A DNA stretch of 63,713 nt, counting the filler, from Octopus bimaculoides (taxonomy: Eukaryota): NCBI RefSeq assembly GCF_001194135.2. It is 6 parts of 5 records of this genome, joined end to end, with 100 filler letters (N's around TTAATTAATTAA, not from the genome) between each part and the next. Parts side by side here need not be neighbours in the genome. Positions count along the whole stretch, not along the records: positions 23,787 to 52,713 come from NC_068989.1; 5 more parts are not named here. The stretch is one strand, 5' to 3'. Below are positions 37,830-50,812 of the stretch, piece by piece; position 1 is the stretch's first letter; each line of letters opens with the position of its first letter. Under the pieces are notes generated by a model, which saw nothing but the letters and a program-made list of their open reading frames with translations, had not been told where the DNA came from and ran no database searches. The position numbers and the translations under genes were made by a program.

Positions 37830-38780
37830 AGCTGGTAAACATTCCACAATGTTTATTTATTCAAATGTATTGGATGAATCCACACTCATGTATTAGTGGG
37901 ACCGATTATCAAGTAGAAAAAGTTGGTAATTGCATAAACAAGGGTATGGAAGCATATAAGCATATAGAAACAAGTGAGTAATTGAGCAAATGAGCAAATG
38001 AGCAGATTGTCACTAAAACCGAATGCGTATGCGAGTGCTAGTTCCTTACGGCCGTTTCTGTCAAGAGGCAACAAAATCTTCCTGGTTATCTCCATCTCTT
38101 CAGTGTTGTGCAAAGATGAGCAGATAAGGCTTGGATAATGAATGTGCCCCTAGGCTTCTTCAGAGGGTCTAAGTGGTTGATGGGGAGTAAGAATAAGAAC
38201 AAGCACGAGAATACAAGTGAAGTACATCATAGTATAATGATTTGGGTATAGCAAGGGAAAATAAGATACAGACTTCCCGTGATGCATTATAAGATCCATG
38301 TTATTTCATCCAATGGTGGATAGGTGAATATAGTTGTTCTCTGGAAGAGTTTTTACAGGAAGGGTAATTTTAGGCAGTAGTTCACATTATGTTCCCATAG
38401 AACTTCAGTGGTGGGTTGGATGGTATGGCCCGCGTTACGGAGGTGAACGTTTATGTGTAAAATGCCAGTTAGTAGGTTTAACGTTGCAGAGGGTGTGGCA
38501 TAAGCAACTTGTGATGCACCCATCTTGGGAAAAAAGTAACGAACACTAACATTGCACTTTGACCTTAGCTGGTTCCTTTTTTCTCATTGATACACTCATG
38601 TACCAAATTTCCCAAGATGTTTCTTTCTTTCTCTCCATTGTAGTTGGATCAAGGAAGACATGTTCTTGTCTGTCTCCTGTCCAAGGTTGATTTACGCGTT
38701 CGCCACCACAACCTCGTTTAGGCTTAGCAGCCCTTCCTGTTTGTTTTCACTGTCCTGTTTGTGTTACCAATTTTGACCCT
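37830..38780 (-). mobile_element. Probable Penelope-like 3' region with two HHR-like relics
   Basis: CTGAAGA motifs at 38097-38103 and 38157-38163 (minus) with helix relics; weak GIY-YIG-tail-like HLRNAGHTIQ..EVLWE. Confidence 0.35.
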
Positions 38781-39031
38781 CTGCAAAATCCCAAATTTTA
38801 TTTAATTTGGTTTGCAGGAGCTACTGTTTTATCGAAAGCGTATATTGTTGTCAAATGCTCGAAATACGAGAGTAGAAAAAACAGCCAACAACTGATGAAG
38901 GGTCGTTCTTTGTGTTGTTTGTCTTGTTTTCCATTTGTGTCCTTCGTTGTTCGAAAAAATAGTTCATATTCCATGTACTCGTACTTCGTATTTTTTGTTG
39001 TACACGTTACATGACATCCTGTGCCCACATA

Positions 39032-39102
<71 letters not shown>

Positions 39103-39164
39103 GTATAGATGTAAGTATGTACATATACGTATGTACATATTATTTATATTATATATGTATGTAT

Positions 39165-40499
39165 GCTTGTTTATTGATAAAAAGCAAGACATAACAGACC
39201 TGACAGCTGTTTCTCATCAGATTCCCAGAATGCAGTCTATACATAAATGCAAGAATAAATTCTTCATCTTCATAAGGCATTCGAATTAAGGCAACTTATG
39301 TTCATCAAAGTGAAAAACAAGACCATACAATATAAACAAAAGGAAGGAGGAAGAGGTAAGACAACATGGTTTAGACAAATAGTCTAAAAGCCCAATATGT
39401 TAAGTGTACATAATTATTTACCATCTATGCTCAAAGAACACAGATGAGAGAGTGAGCTATTAAAGGACTAGGGAAGACGACAAGTTATTAATAGGAGGAT
39501 GCATTTTGGAGTTCTTGTTTATCTATAAACAAACCTTTTGTAATGTTTTAACTTGTGAATTGTTTTAAATTGTTACTGACCAACGTAGAGACCGCTGGAC
39601 TTAGACTTACTTCATTGTGTACCATAGGGGGGATTCTTGATATCAATTTCCTGTGAATAAATTATTTTATTTAGTAAGCTNNNNNNNNNNNNNNNNNNNN
39701 NNNNNNNNNNNNNNNNNNNNNNNNNNNNNNNNNNNNNNNNNNNNNNNNNNNNNNNNNNNNNNNNNNNNNNNNNNNNNNNNNNNNNNNNNNNNNNNNNNNN
39801 NNNNNNNNNNNNNNNNNNNNNNNNNNNNNNNNNNNNNNNNNNNNNNNNNNNNNNNNNNNNNNNNNNNNNNNNNNNNNNNNNNNNNNNNNNNNNNNNNNNN
39901 NNNNNNNNNNNNNNNNNNNNNNNNNNNNNNNNNNNNNNNNNNNNNNNNNNNNNNNNNNNNNNNNNNNNNNNNNNNNNNNNNNNNNNNNNNNNNNNNNNNN
40001 NNNNNNNNNNNNNNNNNNNNNNNNNNNNNNNNNNNNNNNNNNNNNNNNNNNNNNNNNNNNNNNNNNNNNNNNNNNNNNNNNNNNNNNNNNNNNNNNNNNN
40101 NNNNNNNNNNNNNNNNNNNNNNNNNNNNNNNNNNNNNNNNNNNNNNNNNNNNNNNNNNNNNNNNNNNNNNNNNNNNNNNNNNNNNNNNNNNNNNNNNNNN
40201 NNNNNNNNNNNNNNNNNNNNNNNNNNNNNNNNNNNNNNNNNNNNNNNNNNNNNNNNNNNNNNNNNNNNNNNNNNNNNNNNNNNNNNNNNNNNNNNNNNNN
40301 NNNNNNNNNNNNNNNNNNNNNNNNNNNNNNNNNNNNNNNNNNNNNNNNNNNNNNNNNNNNNNNNNNNNNNNNNNNNNNNNNNNNNNNNNNNNNNNNNNNN
40401 NNNNNNNNNNNNNNNNNNNNNNNNNNNNNNNNNNNNNNNNNNNNNNNNNNNNNNNNNNNNNNNNNNNNNNNNNNNNNNNNNNNNNNNNNNNNNNNNNNN

Positions 40500-40530
<31 letters not shown>

Positions 40531-41486
40531 AAGAGAGAGAAGCAACTTGTTTTAAATCTCTGAGCGAGAGATATACAGTTACAGTACCGAATAGTAAAGT
40601 TTATATGCCAACCGAATGTTGCAGCCCTATAAAGGACAATGCTACTGCTGTTTTAACCCCAGGAAAACATCTTTTCCAGCAGGCTATCGACACACAATTT
40701 GTGTCCATATAGCATTTGCAAGGGAGGTCATCGCTACCATTTCTAGCCTCGTGTCATACTCACAGACCTAGGTTTCTGGGTTGTTACCCGTCCTCAGTGT
40801 GAGACAACCACAACCTAGTGACGAAATCTCTCTCCACTCGCAAGTACTATATGTATACATACATATAAATACATATATATTATTTTTTTATTGGCACTCC
40901 GTCGCTTACAACACCAAGGGTTACAGTTGATCCGATCAACGGAACAGCCTGCTCATGAAATTAACGNNNNNNNNNNTTCCTGTGAATAAATTATTTTATT
41001 TAGTAAGCTACGTTAATTGTTTAACATTACTTAACTTTACTCTGTTTTACATAGGTTTGACCTTTGAGAATTATATTAGTTTCTTATTTACATAGCGCTT
41101 CTGGATAACTTCTTTCTTTAACACCCTGACCCTGACCCCTCTTAACTGCACCCTCCCATTAATAGCTTGTAGTATTCCCTAGTCCGTTAATAGCTCACTC
41201 TTTCATCTAGGTTCTTTGAGTTCAAATGGCAAATAATTATGTACACTTAACATATTGGGCTTTTAGACTATTTGTCTAAACCATATTTTCTTACCTCTTC
41301 CTTCTTCCTTTTGTTTATATTATATGCACTTGTTTTTCATTCTCATGAAGATCGGCTGCCTTAATTCGAATACCCTATGAAAATGAAGAATTTTATTCTC
41401 GCATTTATGTATAGATTGCATTCTGGGAATCTGATAAGAAACAGCTGTTAGCTTTGTTATGTCTTGCTTTGTATCAATAAACAAGC
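39165..41486. mobile_element. Long inverted repeat pair, arms 39165-39503 and 41147-41486
   Basis: Direct reverse-complement alignment over ~340 bp with scattered mismatches. Confidence 0.85.
40759..40803 (-). ncRNA. Minimal type-I hammerhead ribozyme (Penelope-type)
   Basis: CUCACA-CUGAGGA-C-GGGU-AACA-ACCC-A-GAAAC-CUAG-GUC-UGUGAG: 6-bp helix I, full core, 4-bp helix II, palindromic helix III, GUC site. Confidence 0.75.
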
Positions 41487-42192
41487 TTCAAATGTGGTCC
41501 AATCGATGTGCTGGATAATCTATGTTTTTCTCCATTTTCTAATTATTTGCATTATATATATATATATATATATATTTAAATTCAATAATAAGATGAATTC
41601 TTTTACAAGAATTTATCAACTAGTTAGCGTGAAAAAAACCTCATAAGGGAAAAAATCCATCATTTATTCCCCAAAATATATATAAATAAATNNNNNNNNN
41701 NNNNNNNNNNNNNNNNNNNNNNNNNNNNNNNNNNNNNNNNNNNNNNNNNNNNNNNNNNNNNNNNNNNNNNNNNNNNNNNNNNNNNNNNNNNNNNNNNNNN
41801 NNNNNNNNNNNNNNNNNNNNNNNNNNNNNNNNNNNNNNNNNNNNNNNNNNNNNNNNNNNNNNNNNNNNNNNNNNNNNNNNNNNNNNNNNNNNNNNNNNNN
41901 NNNNNNNNNNNNNNNNNNNNNNNNNNNNNNNNNNNNNNNNNNNNNNNNNNNNNNNNNNNNNNNNNNNNNNNNNNNNNNNNNNNNNNNNNNNNNNNNNNNN
42001 NNNNNNNNNNNNNNNNNNNNNNNNNNNNNNNNNNNNNNNNNNNNNNNNNNNNNNNNNNNNNNNNNNNNNNNNNNNNNNNNNNNNNNNNNNNNNNNNNNNN
42101 NNNNNNNNNNNNNNNNNNNNNNNNNNNNNNNNNNNNNNNNNNNNNNNNNNNNNNNNNNNNNNNNNNNNNNNNNNNNNNNNNNNNNNNNNNNN

Positions 42193-42375
42193 GTAAGAGT
42201 GAGAGAAAGTGGTGGTGAAAGAGTACAGCAGGGTTCGCCACCACCCCCTGCCAGAGCCTCGTGGAGCTTTAGGTGTTTTCGCTCAATAAATACTCACAAC
42301 GCCCGGTCTGGGAATTGAAACCGCGATCCTATGACCGCGAGTCCGCTGCCCTAACCACTGGGCCATTGTGCCTCA
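42193..42375 (-). mobile_element. tRNA-derived SINE family D (head); related mid-part at 60231-60336 (+)
   Basis: Minus gcacaatggcccagtggttagggcagcggactcgcgg..ggtttcaattccc; shares gagtgag/ctcactcttac with 60231. Confidence 0.7.
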
Positions 42376-42888
42376 CATATATATACATACACATAAATAC
42401 TTACATATATACAAATACAAATATATATACATACATTCATGCATACACCTTTAATCAAGAAGAAAGGCACTGATTATGACGATCCTTAACAAGGCCTCTG
42501 AGACTGGTGGGAAAAAGGGAGGAAAGTATCTTCAAAGTAGAGACCTGACCCCCTAATGCTTGCAACAGTGGACTCCTCTAAAGGCATCCAAAATGCCAAG
42601 TAATAGCGTTAAACTGAGCAACATTAAACATATAATTATAATGAAAATTCTAAAGAACTGTATATGTATATACCCATTTTACTGGCCAGTCATATTTATA
42701 CACACATCTGTTTGCATTTCTGGAACACATCACTGAACAAAATTTATTTTTCAGGAGTCTGAAATCTACTGAATTTCGTAATTTAGTGTTGCTGACGTAA
42801 GAGAACCATTAGTCATTGTCTGTGTTTGGGAGATGAGGTGAAGGAGAAGGAATGATGCAATCAGCAAGGCCATCTTCGCAGTATTATA

Positions 42889-43360
42889 GGCCCCCAGGCA
42901 AATCAATGCACTGAGTCCTCTAGTATTTATTTATTGACAGCAAACCACAGTGTACATAGATCAGAATTAGGCCCCTATGTCCATGAGGCCCCCAGGCAAA
43001 ACAATGCACTAGGCCCCATGGTATTTATTTATTGACAGTGAGCCACAGCATACATAACTCAGAGTTAGCCCCTATGTCCATGAGGTCCCCAGGCAGATCA
43101 ATGCACTGAGTCCTATAGCATTTAGTTATCGATAGCAAGATAGTGCATACAGAGATATGAATTAGGCCCCTATATCTGTGAGGCCCCCGGGTAAATCAAT
43201 TCACAGGGTCCTACAGTATTTATTTATTGATAGAGCCACAACATACAGAGATCAGAATTAGGCCCTATATCCATTAGACCCCCGGGAAAATCAATGCACT
43301 AAGTCCTATAGCATTTATTTATCAATAACAAGCCATATGTACATAGATCAGAATTGGAGC
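42889..43360. repeat. ~98-bp tandem repeat, 5 diverged units
   Basis: Unit starts 42889, 42987, 43084, 43182, 43277. Confidence 0.9.
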
Positions 43361-43366
43361 TCTAAA

Positions 43367-43815
43367 CAAATGGTTCTCAACAGGGGTCTATATAAGATTT
43401 TTGGTGGGATCTACACTAGCAAAATAGTAAAGTCGGCATCTACAGTAGTGTTTTAAGTGTCTATATACCGTATTTTAACGTGCACAATGTTAAAAAAATA
43501 TGGGATAAAAAAATATAATACTATACATGGATAGTATTATAATCCTTTACAAAAACTTTTTTCCAAATTTGAAGCCCCAAAAATTAGGGGGTTCCTTATA
43601 CACATTAAAATACGATAGTTTCGATTTAAATGTATCCATTGCAAGAACAGATTTCTTTCTATAACATTTTAACATAGTTCAGCCTACGCAAATTAATGAG
43701 TGAGTAGCAAAATAAAACTAGTTTTTGAACATCGAATGGTTATGGGGGTCCACCAGAATAAAATAGCAATCAAAGGGGTCCATAGAAGTAAAAAAAAAAT
43801 GGTTGAGGCTCACTG
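43367..43815. mobile_element. hAT (Charlie-like) MITE
   Basis: Decayed TIRs caaatggttctcaac / ggttgaggctcactg and ggggtcc subterminal motifs; TSD not conserved. Confidence 0.65.
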
Positions 43816-43829
43816 CCCCTGGGAAAGTT

Positions 43830-44085
43830 CTCCTGTGAAACCCTCCGGGCAAATGCCTATGCCTTAAGACAGTACAGGGAGTCAGAGGCTATGAAGATGT
43901 GGGCGATCAGCCAGGACATTGGACTGGGGACCAGGAGCCCAAGACCTAAGAAAAGGACCTGTGAATCTGATATGGAGGGTGTGGAGAAGTCCACCACCCA
44001 CCTCCACACCATTCCACTTTGCAAAGTTTCTCTCAAAGACCCTGGGCGGAGTCAGTGGAGATCAAGACCATACCTACATATGATA
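43830..44085 (+). mobile_element. RTE-type LINE 3' remnant
   Basis: Decayed WxP..RGRP..TW..DR..WRS C-terminus. Confidence 0.45.
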
Positions 44086-44109
44086 CTGATGTTGTTGTTG
44101 TTGGTGTTA

Positions 44110-44335
44110 ATGTAGTCATTGTTTAATCTCAGGTCAATCCTGATCAAGTGGATTTATGACCAAAGATGTGACTGCCATGGCCATCCAGCTTATTATTTAT
44201 TAGGACTACATTGTCCAATATACCAGTTCACCACATTTATTTATTTATTTATTTATTCTTTCTTTTAAAAGACAGTAGTACAATTTAAAGATTTAACTGT
44301 CATTTCCAGTCAGTTCAGAGACCATGTAGAGGCTT
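44110..44335 (+). mobile_element. Unclassified interspersed repeat family E
   Basis: Related to 29200-29310 (+) and 46158-46350 (-). Confidence 0.55.
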
Positions 44336-44619
44336 TATCATTCACTCAAATAATAATAATGTTATGATGTATGTAAATGGAGGGTTGTGTGAGTGTGTGT
44401 GTGTGTGTGTGTGTGGTTGTGTGTTTGTGTGTGTGTGTGTGTGTGTCTATCTGGACGTGANNNNNNNNNNGTTGTGTGTTTGTGTGTGTGTGTCTATCTG
44501 GACGTGAAAGTACGTTATACACAAATACATACATCTAAATATTTCACTCTCCAATGGGTAGCGGGAGAGGCTGAATATGACCAAGACAGGAGACTATTTG
44601 CAGTAAACACATACACACA

Positions 44620-45151
44620 TACAAATACACATACATACATGTGTACATACATTTACATACACTCGCATACATGTATACATGCTTACATACATACACATAC
44701 ATGCAAACATACATATACAGACACACACATATACATACATACATACTAAAAAGAGGTAAAGAAAGAGCTGTGTATATGTATGCATGTCTATATACATGCA
44801 TACATTCATGTATGCATGCATGCATATATGCATACATGCATATCTGTATACATGCATATATGTAAGTATGCATGTATGTATGCATGCATGTATGCATGTA
44901 TGTATGCATGTATGCATGTATATATATATGTGTGTATGTATGCATGCATGTATATATATATGTGTGTATGTATGCATGCATGCATGTGTATATATGTGTG
45001 TAGGTTTGTTTGTATGCATATATGTATATACGCATACATGCATATATACATGCATTTATATATGCCAGCAAATATACATACATGTACATATGCATGCATG
45101 CAGATATGTATGTATGTATGCATGCAGATATGTATGTATGCATGCATGCAG

Positions 45152-45182
<31 letters not shown>

Positions 45183-45185
45183 TGT
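44620..45185. repeat. Compound CA/TATG/CATG microsatellite field
   Basis: Direct reading. Confidence 0.95.
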
Positions 45186-46429
45186 TCAGAGACACAAATA
45201 TGAGATAGGTTTTGAAGTTAGATTGAGGCAGTCACCTTGACCTTTATAGGCCAAACTAAAGCGATTCTGAGATTGATTCAGTTAGATGTTTTGCTGAGCA
45301 TCTTCAGGACAATGACTGACGATGTGGGAAGAAGAAGAAGGGGGAGGAGGAGAAGGAGCCAGTCTACTTGTAACAGAGAATGTGAACTCTTGCTAAAGGT
45401 ACATTGGTAGGAGGTGACGGTGTTAAACGGAGTAGCAACGATAGATGTGTGTGCATGTGTGTATACATAAGTATGTATGTCGGTGTATGTGCGTGTACGT
45501 GCTTGCATGTGTGTGTGTGTGTGTGTATGTGTGAGTGAGTTTGTGTCTGTATGTATGTCTGTGTGTGTATGTATTTCTGTTTCTNNNNNNNNNNTGTGTG
45601 TGTGTGTGAGTGAGTTTGTGTCTGTATGTATGTCTGTGTGTGTATGTATTTCTGTTTCTGTATGTGAAAATGTGTGTGTGTGTGTGTCAGCCAAAGGGGA
45701 GGAGAGAGAGTGACAGAAAGAGAGAGAGAGAAGAAATAAGCCTGTGTGATAGGGAGAGACAGACAGACACAGTTATACAGAAAGACATACTAACAGAGTT
45801 TGCCCAATGTCTATTTGTCTAGAATGGAAGTGGGGAAAATGTATTCAAGACAAAAGAAGCAGAAATATATTTGTTCAACATGTTTATCTGTTGTGTTTAG
45901 GAAAGGGGGGGGGNNNNNNNNNNNNNNNNNNNNNNNNNNNNNNNNNNNNNNNNNNNNNNNNNNNNNNNNNNTCCCGGGGGGGGCGCAATGCAGTGAGACA
46001 CACAGACAGGTAAGGCAGACAGATAGACATACAGATAGGTAAATAGGTGTCTACTTAATCCAGACATGCCCCTTCCTATTCAGGAATGCGTAAATACTCT
46101 GAGAAGACATAATCAAGCAGACAGCATCTATCATCATCATCATCATCATCATCATTATCATCACTATTATTCAGCAAGGGAGCCTCTATGTAGCTACTCG
46201 ACTTGTTAGAAATAGCAGTCAAATATACTTCAAATAACGTCGTCTTTGAATTATAAAAGGGGGGGGGGAGAGGACAGAGTTGATAATGTAGTATAAGATA
46301 AGATGTACACTGACTGGAAAAAAAAAATTTTTAAGGCATGGTGGTCATGGAACACCGTTTGGTCATCATATATTTACTTGACTAGGGCAGATTTGGGGCT
46401 GAAACAACAAAAACAATAATAAAATATAC

Positions 46430-46625
46430 TTGTCATAGTCACTCCCACCATCATCGCCATGATGATCATGATCATCATCATCATCATTGCTGCCATCATC
46501 ACCATCATTACCACCATTACTACCACCACCATCCTCACCATCATCACCATCGCCAACACAACTATCCCTACCATCCTTCTTTCTCCTCCACCACCCTCGT
46601 CATTATCATCATCACCATCACCACC

Positions 46626-46659
<34 letters not shown>

Positions 46660-47100
46660 CCACCATCATGACCACAAGTATCATCATCATCATGTGCAGC
46701 TTCAGTTCTACAATATTCAACAGTCCTCTTAGATAAACCCCTACTATCTGTTGACACTCCATTGATGTCATGTGACTTCTAAAATTGGCAGCATGTCATC
46801 ATAGTGCTTAGAGAACGCTCCAGAAATGAAATGCTGATGTGGACAGGTGAATTTACACAGCTACTAATTGATCCAGTATATTAAGATATACCACCACTAA
46901 AACTGACACTGCTATTTCCACCGACACTCCAAACATCACCACTAACTCCACCACCACCTCTACCACCACTAACATCACCACTACCCCCACCACCACCTCT
47001 ACCACCAACAGTAACACTGCTACCACTACCACCAACTCCACCACCAACAGTGACACTGCTACCACCACCACCACTACCACTAACACAACCACTGATACCA
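46430..47100. repeat. Degenerate (CAT/CAC/ACC)n low-complexity tracts
   Basis: Direct reading. Confidence 0.9.
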
Positions 47101-47140
47101 CTAACACTATTATGTCTATTTATTGACCGTTCGATCTATA

Positions 47141-47179
<39 letters not shown>

Positions 47180-47775
47180 NNNNNNNNNNTATATATATAT
47201 ATCACCTCCTCCAATGTCTCCTCCCCTCTCAAAGATTCTTTGTCTTGCAAAGTTACTTGGTGACCCTGCCAGTCCAGGTGCCACTTAAAAAGTACCCAGT
47301 CTACACTGTAAAGTGGTTGGCATTTGGAAGGGCATCCAACTATAAAAACCATGCCAAAACTGACCTCGCCTGTGCTGGTCCCACATGAAAAGCACCCACT
47401 ACACTCTCAGAGTGGTTGGCATTAGGAAGGGCATCCAGCCATAAAACCCATGCCAAAACAGACACTGTATCCTGGTGCAGACTCCTGCATGGCCAACTCC
47501 TGTCAAACCGTCCAACCCATACTAGCATACAAGGAGGAAGTTAAACAGTGATGATGATGATGATATGGACAGATGCATATGCATAGGTGGGGGAAGGGGA
47601 AAAGGATAATAGTGATAGCACTGAATGGTGATGATGGGAAGGATAGTGATGGTAGTCATGATGATGATGATAGCGATGATGATGATGATGGGAGTGATTA
47701 TGCTGGTGCAATGTAAAAAGCACTCAGTCCACTTCATCAGGCGGTTGGTGTTAGAAAGGGTATCCAGCTGTTGAT

Positions 47776-48690
<915 letters not shown>

Positions 48691-48698
48691 GAAAGATT

Positions 48699-48769
48699 GG
48701 CTGTGTAGCTTAATGGTAGAATACCCGACCGGTATCTGAGGGGTGCGGGTTCAAGTCCTGTAGCTGTCT
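48699..48769 (+). pseudogene. tRNA-like sequence (pseudo-tRNA or orphan SINE head)
   Basis: TAGCTTAATGGTAGA A box and GGTTCAAGTCC B box; acceptor and anticodon stems mismatched, no U33. Confidence 0.5.
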
Positions 48770-48822
48770 CCTGGCAACTGATTTCCATCTTATAAGGGTA
48801 AAATACCCAATCTTTCTGCTGT

Positions 48823-48996
48823 TTGGTGTAGCTAGCATGTGTGCCACCTGGGGCAGCCCTTCCATTTGCCACCTCTGGATCCCACAAAATACACATATTG
48901 CTTACAGTAATAGTCAATAACAGGATGAAAAATGCTGCCCTTTAAAAGTGCCACCCAGGGTGGACCGCCCCTCTCCCCCCACCCCAGCTACACCAG
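48823..48996. mobile_element. Short hAT-like MITE
   Basis: ttggtgtagct / agctacaccag termini and repeated gtgccacc. Confidence 0.5.
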
Positions 48997-49503
48997 TGTT
49001 CACAGCTATATTCATTGTCGTCATTATCATCATCATTTAACATCTGATGTCCATGTAGACCTTATCTGTAAAATACCAAACACATTCAACACTTCCTAGT
49101 TTGTTTATAAAATGTTACATATATATATATATATCTTCTTTTATTCATTTACTTGTTTCAGTTATTGGACTGCTACCATGTTGGATCACCACCTTCAGTC
49201 AAACAAGTCGACCCCAGGACTTATTCTTTGTAAGCCTAGTACTTATTTTATCGGACTCTTATGCCGAAGCACTAAGTTACAGGGACATAAACACACCAAC
49301 TTTGGTTGTCAAGCGATGGTGGAGAGACAGACACAGACACACAAACATATACATACATATATGACGGGCTCCTTTCAGATTCTGTCTACTAAATCCACTC
49401 ACAAGGCTTTGGTCAGCCCAAGGCTATAGTAGAAGACACTTGCTCAAGCTGCCAAGCAGTGGGACTGAACCTGGAACCATGTGGTTGGGAAGCAAGCTTC
49501 TTA

Positions 49504-49737
49504 TTTCTTTATTGCCCACAAGGGGCTAAACATAGAGGGGACAAACAAGGACAGACAAAGGTATTAAGCCGATTATATCGACCCCAGTGCGTAACTGGTA
49601 CTTAAATTATCAACCCCGAAAGGATGAAAGGCAAAGTCAACCTCGGCAGAATTTGAACTCAGAACATAACGGCAGATGAAATACCGCTAAGCATTTCGCC
49701 CGGCGTGCTAACGTTTCTGCCAGCTCGCCGCCTTAAA
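49504..49737 (-). mobile_element. Young SINE A inserted in a SINE B head, with 16-bp TSD
   Basis: ggaagcaagcttctta at 49488-49503 and 49738-49753; CpGs intact. Confidence 0.9.
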
Positions 49738-50812
49738 GGAAGCAAGCTTCTTACCACACATCCATACCTGCACCTATTATATATATATTTTTTTATTCTT
49801 TTATTTGTTTCAGTTATTTGACTGCAGCTATGCTGGAGCACCGCCTTCAGTCAAGCAAATCGACCCCAGGACTTATTCTTTGTAAGCCTAGTACTTATTC
49901 TATCAGTCTCTTTGGCTGAACCGCTAAGTTACAGGGACGTATATATATATATCATTCAACTACAGTAGTAGTTGAATAATATTCTTAAGGCTGCAATTTA
50001 CTCACATACAGCATCTTCAGAACTTTATTTTAAAAGCAAAATATATTTATCTTAGCTTCAATGATAGAAGAAAGCATGAAGAATTTCATAGTTTTGGTCC
50101 CATCATGGAACAAAATATAAGGCAAAAAATTAGATTTAAGTATAATTGACTTTTTTATTTTAAAAACAAACTATGTTTTAATTAAGCTTAAATGATAGAG
50201 CTCAATTGAAGGAATTTCATGGTATCAATTTCATGCAATGAAGTTTTAAGAGAAAAAAGTTATGAGTGTTTGTTTCTCAAATTTGAGGGTGATAATATAG
50301 TTCTATACTTTTTCATGAATATAGTTTTATAAGGGGACTTTTAATATATGTGACTGGCATCATTGAGGTAAGGAAAAAAATTATCAACGACACAGCTAAT
50401 TTGCAATTAGTTTAATTACGTCATCTGTATTAATTAATAAAATTATATCATGTAAACACAGTCCCGTAATAAATGAGATGAGAAACAGAATCGTAGTAGT
50501 TTACATTGACAGGAATTTCTCAGTAAGGCAAAAAATTAGATATAAGTATGATTAACTTATTTTAAAAACAAACTATATTTTAATTAAGCTTAAATGATAG
50601 AGCTCAAAGCAAGGAATTACTAATCTTATTTTAATTTTTTTTAGATTAAAACTTTTTATTTTTATTTCAATAATAATAATAATTCAATCACAAAAATGAA
50701 AAAAATTAAAACTTCATTTAGAAATTTATTATTCAATTTTCAATAGGGTAAAATCTTAAATAATTGACACATTATTAATTAGCATAATAACATAGCCTGG
50801 AAAAAACATGGA

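Noticed and set aside
36427-43360. CRISPR-like arrays (52-bp and 98-bp periods)
   Set aside because: Whole units are diverged copies with no constant repeat/unique spacer pattern; eukaryotic context
44410-45660. Direct duplications across 10-N gaps (44461-44470, 45585-45594)
   Set aside because: Overlapping contig ends, an assembly artefact
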